DNA of 64,000 bases from Basidiobolus meristosporus CBS 931.73 (lineage: Eukaryota; Fungi; Basidiobolomycota): contig MCFE01000220.1 in assembly GCA_002104905.1 (NCBI GenBank), positions 1 through 64,000 on the forward strand, written 5' to 3'. Below the pieces are notes generated by a model, which made no database searches, was not told the origin of the DNA, and was given only the letters and a program-made list of their open reading frames with translations. Position 1 is the stretch's first letter; each line of letters opens with the position of its first letter. Made by a program: the position numbers and the translations under genes. Shown in pieces: positions 61,078 to 64,000 of this stretch.

Positions 61078-63253
61078 TCAGAAACCACTTACCATGAACG
61101 TCCATGCACCGGTCTCGTAGTGGTAATCCAAGAACCTCGTCCCCGCCATCGCCTGCAATCTCCTGACGTGACGCCGCACCTTGGCATGCCCTACCTCTCG
61201 GATGGGCATCCCGGTTGCCTGATCGGTGGGCCAGCATCGATTGATGGTGATGATGGCCGAGGTGTTGAGTCCCTTACCGGGAGGTGGCTTGCATTCTTCC
61301 TCGGGAAAGATTGTGCAGACCCTGCTCTCAAAACTCACCACCTCCCCGGGGATACTCGCCACCGACGAAAGCCCTGACAAATCGACCGTTTCCAAGAATC
61401 GTACCTTACCGTATCCCGTACGCCCCACTTCCAACCCCTCCACTCTCTTCAGCTGCGCCGGGGTCATGGTTTTAAGAATGGCCAGTGGTGGCGACATCCA
61501 ATACTCACCTTCCGCCTCCCGCTTGGCCACATCGCTCCCATCCTCGGTAAGTAAATCAGGCGTCGCCGTGGAGACGGGGGATGGATGGGCTGCTGGGGTG
61601 CGCATCGGCCTGCCAGGACCACCAACAGGTGGGCCAGATCCCAGAATCGCACCCCTCCCCTCACTCGAGTCGTCTGCGGAGTTTTCACTTGAAATAGCGC
61701 TCGGCATATCGATGTCAACGCCGGACGAAGGGTCATTCAGCTTCGAGGCGATTTCGCCTGTCTGAATGTCGGTGGAGCCCACCATCCCAGATGTAGGAAC
61801 CACGGTGGACGGGCTAAGGGGAGACTGCGACTTGTAGTGACGGAGTTTGATACGGGTCCTGTCACGTGGCGTGATCCCTCTAGATGGTGATGCAGTGGGA
61901 ACCCGCTTATCTGACCCCCATTTCACTTTCGGTTCAGCGCCGCTCCCTGAGGGGCCCTCGCTAGGCGGGGTCGGATTTCTTGCCGCGGGTCCGTTCAAAG
62001 AAACATCGGAGAAAAGCGGATTATTTCCGTATGGATACCTATCAATGGCTGCCTGTAGAACGGGTTGCTCTTTGCTGGCAACAGGTTCCGGCGGGCTAGT
62101 AGACTGGCTCACATTGGCGGGGTGATCATTCGGAATATTCGCGTTGGCTTGCGGAGTGTATCCGGCGATCGGGGTGGTGGTGTTGGTGATAGGATCGTAG
62201 GTGATCGGAATATCGCTAAACAAGTAAGGTCTGCGCGTATGTGAAGAGTTACCTCCTGGGTTAGACGAAGGTGCGGGCCGCTGTTGCTGGAATGGGCTAG
62301 GGTTGACGAGGTATGTGGGGTTGGCTGTTGAAAGAAGTGAGCTAACAGTCGATAGAATCCCAAACAATCCTTGATTTACCTGACGAGACGGTGGATGCGT
62401 CTGCCATAACCCGAGAAGGGTTGCTGCGCTCGGGGGAAATGTTTGCGACTGAGACCACTGCACTGAACGGGTTATACCCTTCAGGTCGGTGCTGTTGAGG
62501 TCTCCTGCCTTGTTGGTAATCCTGTAGTCGCAGCTCCTCGAACGAGTGCCTCTCGTAAAATGGCATGGCGCTGATGCTTTGGAACCAGGTGTTCCTCCTT
62601 GGCTCAAAGTTGGTCGCCTCGGTTACCATCCTCGGGGCGAACGAGGGGGTAGATGTTCCTTTGGGCCCCCCGTTGAACGTATTCGCGTTACTCAAGACTA
62701 CGTTTCGACCGAAGAGGCCGCCAGGGTTGGCTGACGAGCTCCAGGTAGCAGTCTGGCTTGAGCCTAGATTTGAAAGGTTAATTAACACTTGGGCTAGCAC
62801 GCATACGCCGCGACACACGTCCACTTCACTCTCGTATCGCCAAGGCCGAGCTATCTGCAAGTCAACCGGTATAAGCTGCATAGGGCTCGTTCACAAAGGA
62901 CTGGCTGCTTACTTGAGTTGAAACATCCTGTTGGCACAGGTGGGATGGTTTGGTTGGCGAAGGCCGAGGATGGGTCTCGTGAGTTCCCTGTCCGGTAAAC
63001 AAGCAAAAGAGCAGTTAGTGCACAAGGTGGTAAACCTGGCCAGAAGCTGTTCAACCACTTACCAAAGCAAGATTGCTCGAACGGCTTACCGAAAATAGAG
63101 GAGGGAGCGCTCGAAAACCTAGCGCCTCCGTTCTCCTGCGCTACATACCAGAATGGTTAGTGGGTGACGCGAGGTGCAAAAAGGCCGGAAAGACTCCCGA
63201 AACTAACCTCTACCGAACGCGGAAAAACTACCGGTGGTGGAGTTGCCGAACAT
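61078..63253 (-). CDS. Nup98/Nup116-like nucleoporin: GLEBS plus C-terminal Nucleoporin2 domain, FG-poor, no Nup96 part; multi-exon
   Basis: Starts MFGNSTTGSFSAFG. Contains FQSISAMPFYERHSFEELRLQDY (GLEBS) and YWMSPP..GRTGYGKVRF..KPPPGKGLN..W.F.V, ending SGF*. A 55-nt intron at ~62325-62380 joins the two ORFs. Confidence 0.85.
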
Positions 63254-63479
63254 TCTGGTGGGTTTAGTTGTATATGTGTCAACACTGGTGCTGGTAGAAG
63301 GGATATGGTGACTGTTCTTTGTGTTGTCTGGAATGCAGTGACCACTATCCCACAGTGACTTTTTATAGTACCCAACTTATTTGAAGTGCTCCTGATGGTG
63401 GATCATATTTGTATTAGATGATTGATCCATTTATTGGGCTAGGTCGATCGATTTCCGCAGTCATAGATTGGCCAGTGCA

Positions 63480-63885
63480 ATTAATAATGCAGGGTGATGT
63501 GGCCTCATTGTCTACTCGTTATTACAATCACCTCCAATATCTTTGGAAACTCTCACAACAAGCTACAGGCCCCAAACAGGCCATATCTGCAATGTCTGTC
63601 ATAGATATTCCTGGAACCTTCCCCTCTGCCAAAAAGCTGGATAGACCCAACTATCAGACCTGCAAGGTGAAGATGAAGTTGATGTCACCAGAATGAGGTA
63701 TTTGAGATATTCTCATGGAAGCAGAAAACCCTCCTAGAGATGTAAGAGAAGAAGCTTAAAGGGATCAAACAAAGGAACAAAGTGCTTCTAACTCCATAAA
63801 CTGAATATCAAAGACAAACAGCTAATTCATTGTTAAGCTTGAATACCAAAGAATGCTCAGAAGGGATTAGGAGACACCATCTAAT
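63480..63885 (+). mobile_element. Older degenerate copy of the same copia family (LTR end, PBS remnant, gag 5' end)
   Basis: CAATCACCTCCAATATC..CAACA followed by IPGTFPSAKKLDRPNYQTCKVKMKL, aligning with 3657-3400 on the minus strand; many stops. Confidence 0.85.
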
Positions 63886-64000
63886 TGTTGAAAAATTTGT
63901 ATTTCCACCTAAATATTCACCTAACTTAGTCACTTAGATCATTACCTTCATATCCTAGAGAATACTGACCAAGTTCCTTGTTGGGATTTACTTGGAATAT
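63886..64000 (+). repeat. Start of a copia LTR inserted into the decayed gag
   Basis: TGTTG start; aligns with the reverse complement of ~3888-4005. No polypurine tract precedes it. Confidence 0.8.

Noticed and set aside
28400-63300. U12-type (minor) introns
   Set aside because: The donors I could read are ordinary GT(A/G)AG/GTA-type; no RTATCCTT donor on a coding strand was seen.

Overview
Eukaryotic, gene-dense DNA with short GT-AG introns and CTAAC/CTGAC branch sites. It is most likely from an early-diverging fungus (Basidiobolus/Zoopagomycota-like; the lineage is an inference from gene content). Both ends carry CpG-depleted retroelement debris. On the left are a truncated Ty1/copia element with intact 5' LTR and PBS and three stacked double-hairpin termini of an ORF1-like element. 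On the right is a decayed copy of the same copia family with an LTR nested in it. The core holds housekeeping genes (Pho80-type cyclin, APN1, YVH1, PRE1, cysteine synthase-like, glycogenin, PSH1-like RING, enoyl-CoA isomerase, RRP9, MCM6). It also holds several local duplications and several prokaryote-like or possibly transferred genes (AAD, GlpA-like/BFD oxidoreductase, CBA1/BtuF-like protein, stand-alone asparagine-synthase domain). The most striking structure is at 15.3-26.8 kb: six copies of an uncharacterised secreted Cys/Pro/Gly-rich protein arranged as three head-to-head palindromic pairs. The middle promoter cassette is inverted relative to its own 3' flanks, and the third pair shows arm-to-arm homogenisation, suggesting a recombinase-free flip-flop/shufflon-like locus. 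A second head-to-head palindromic pair of an unknown gene lies at 52.0-53.9 kb. A 1-nt frameshift in RRP9 suggests the assembly contains indel errors, so single frameshifts are treated cautiously.
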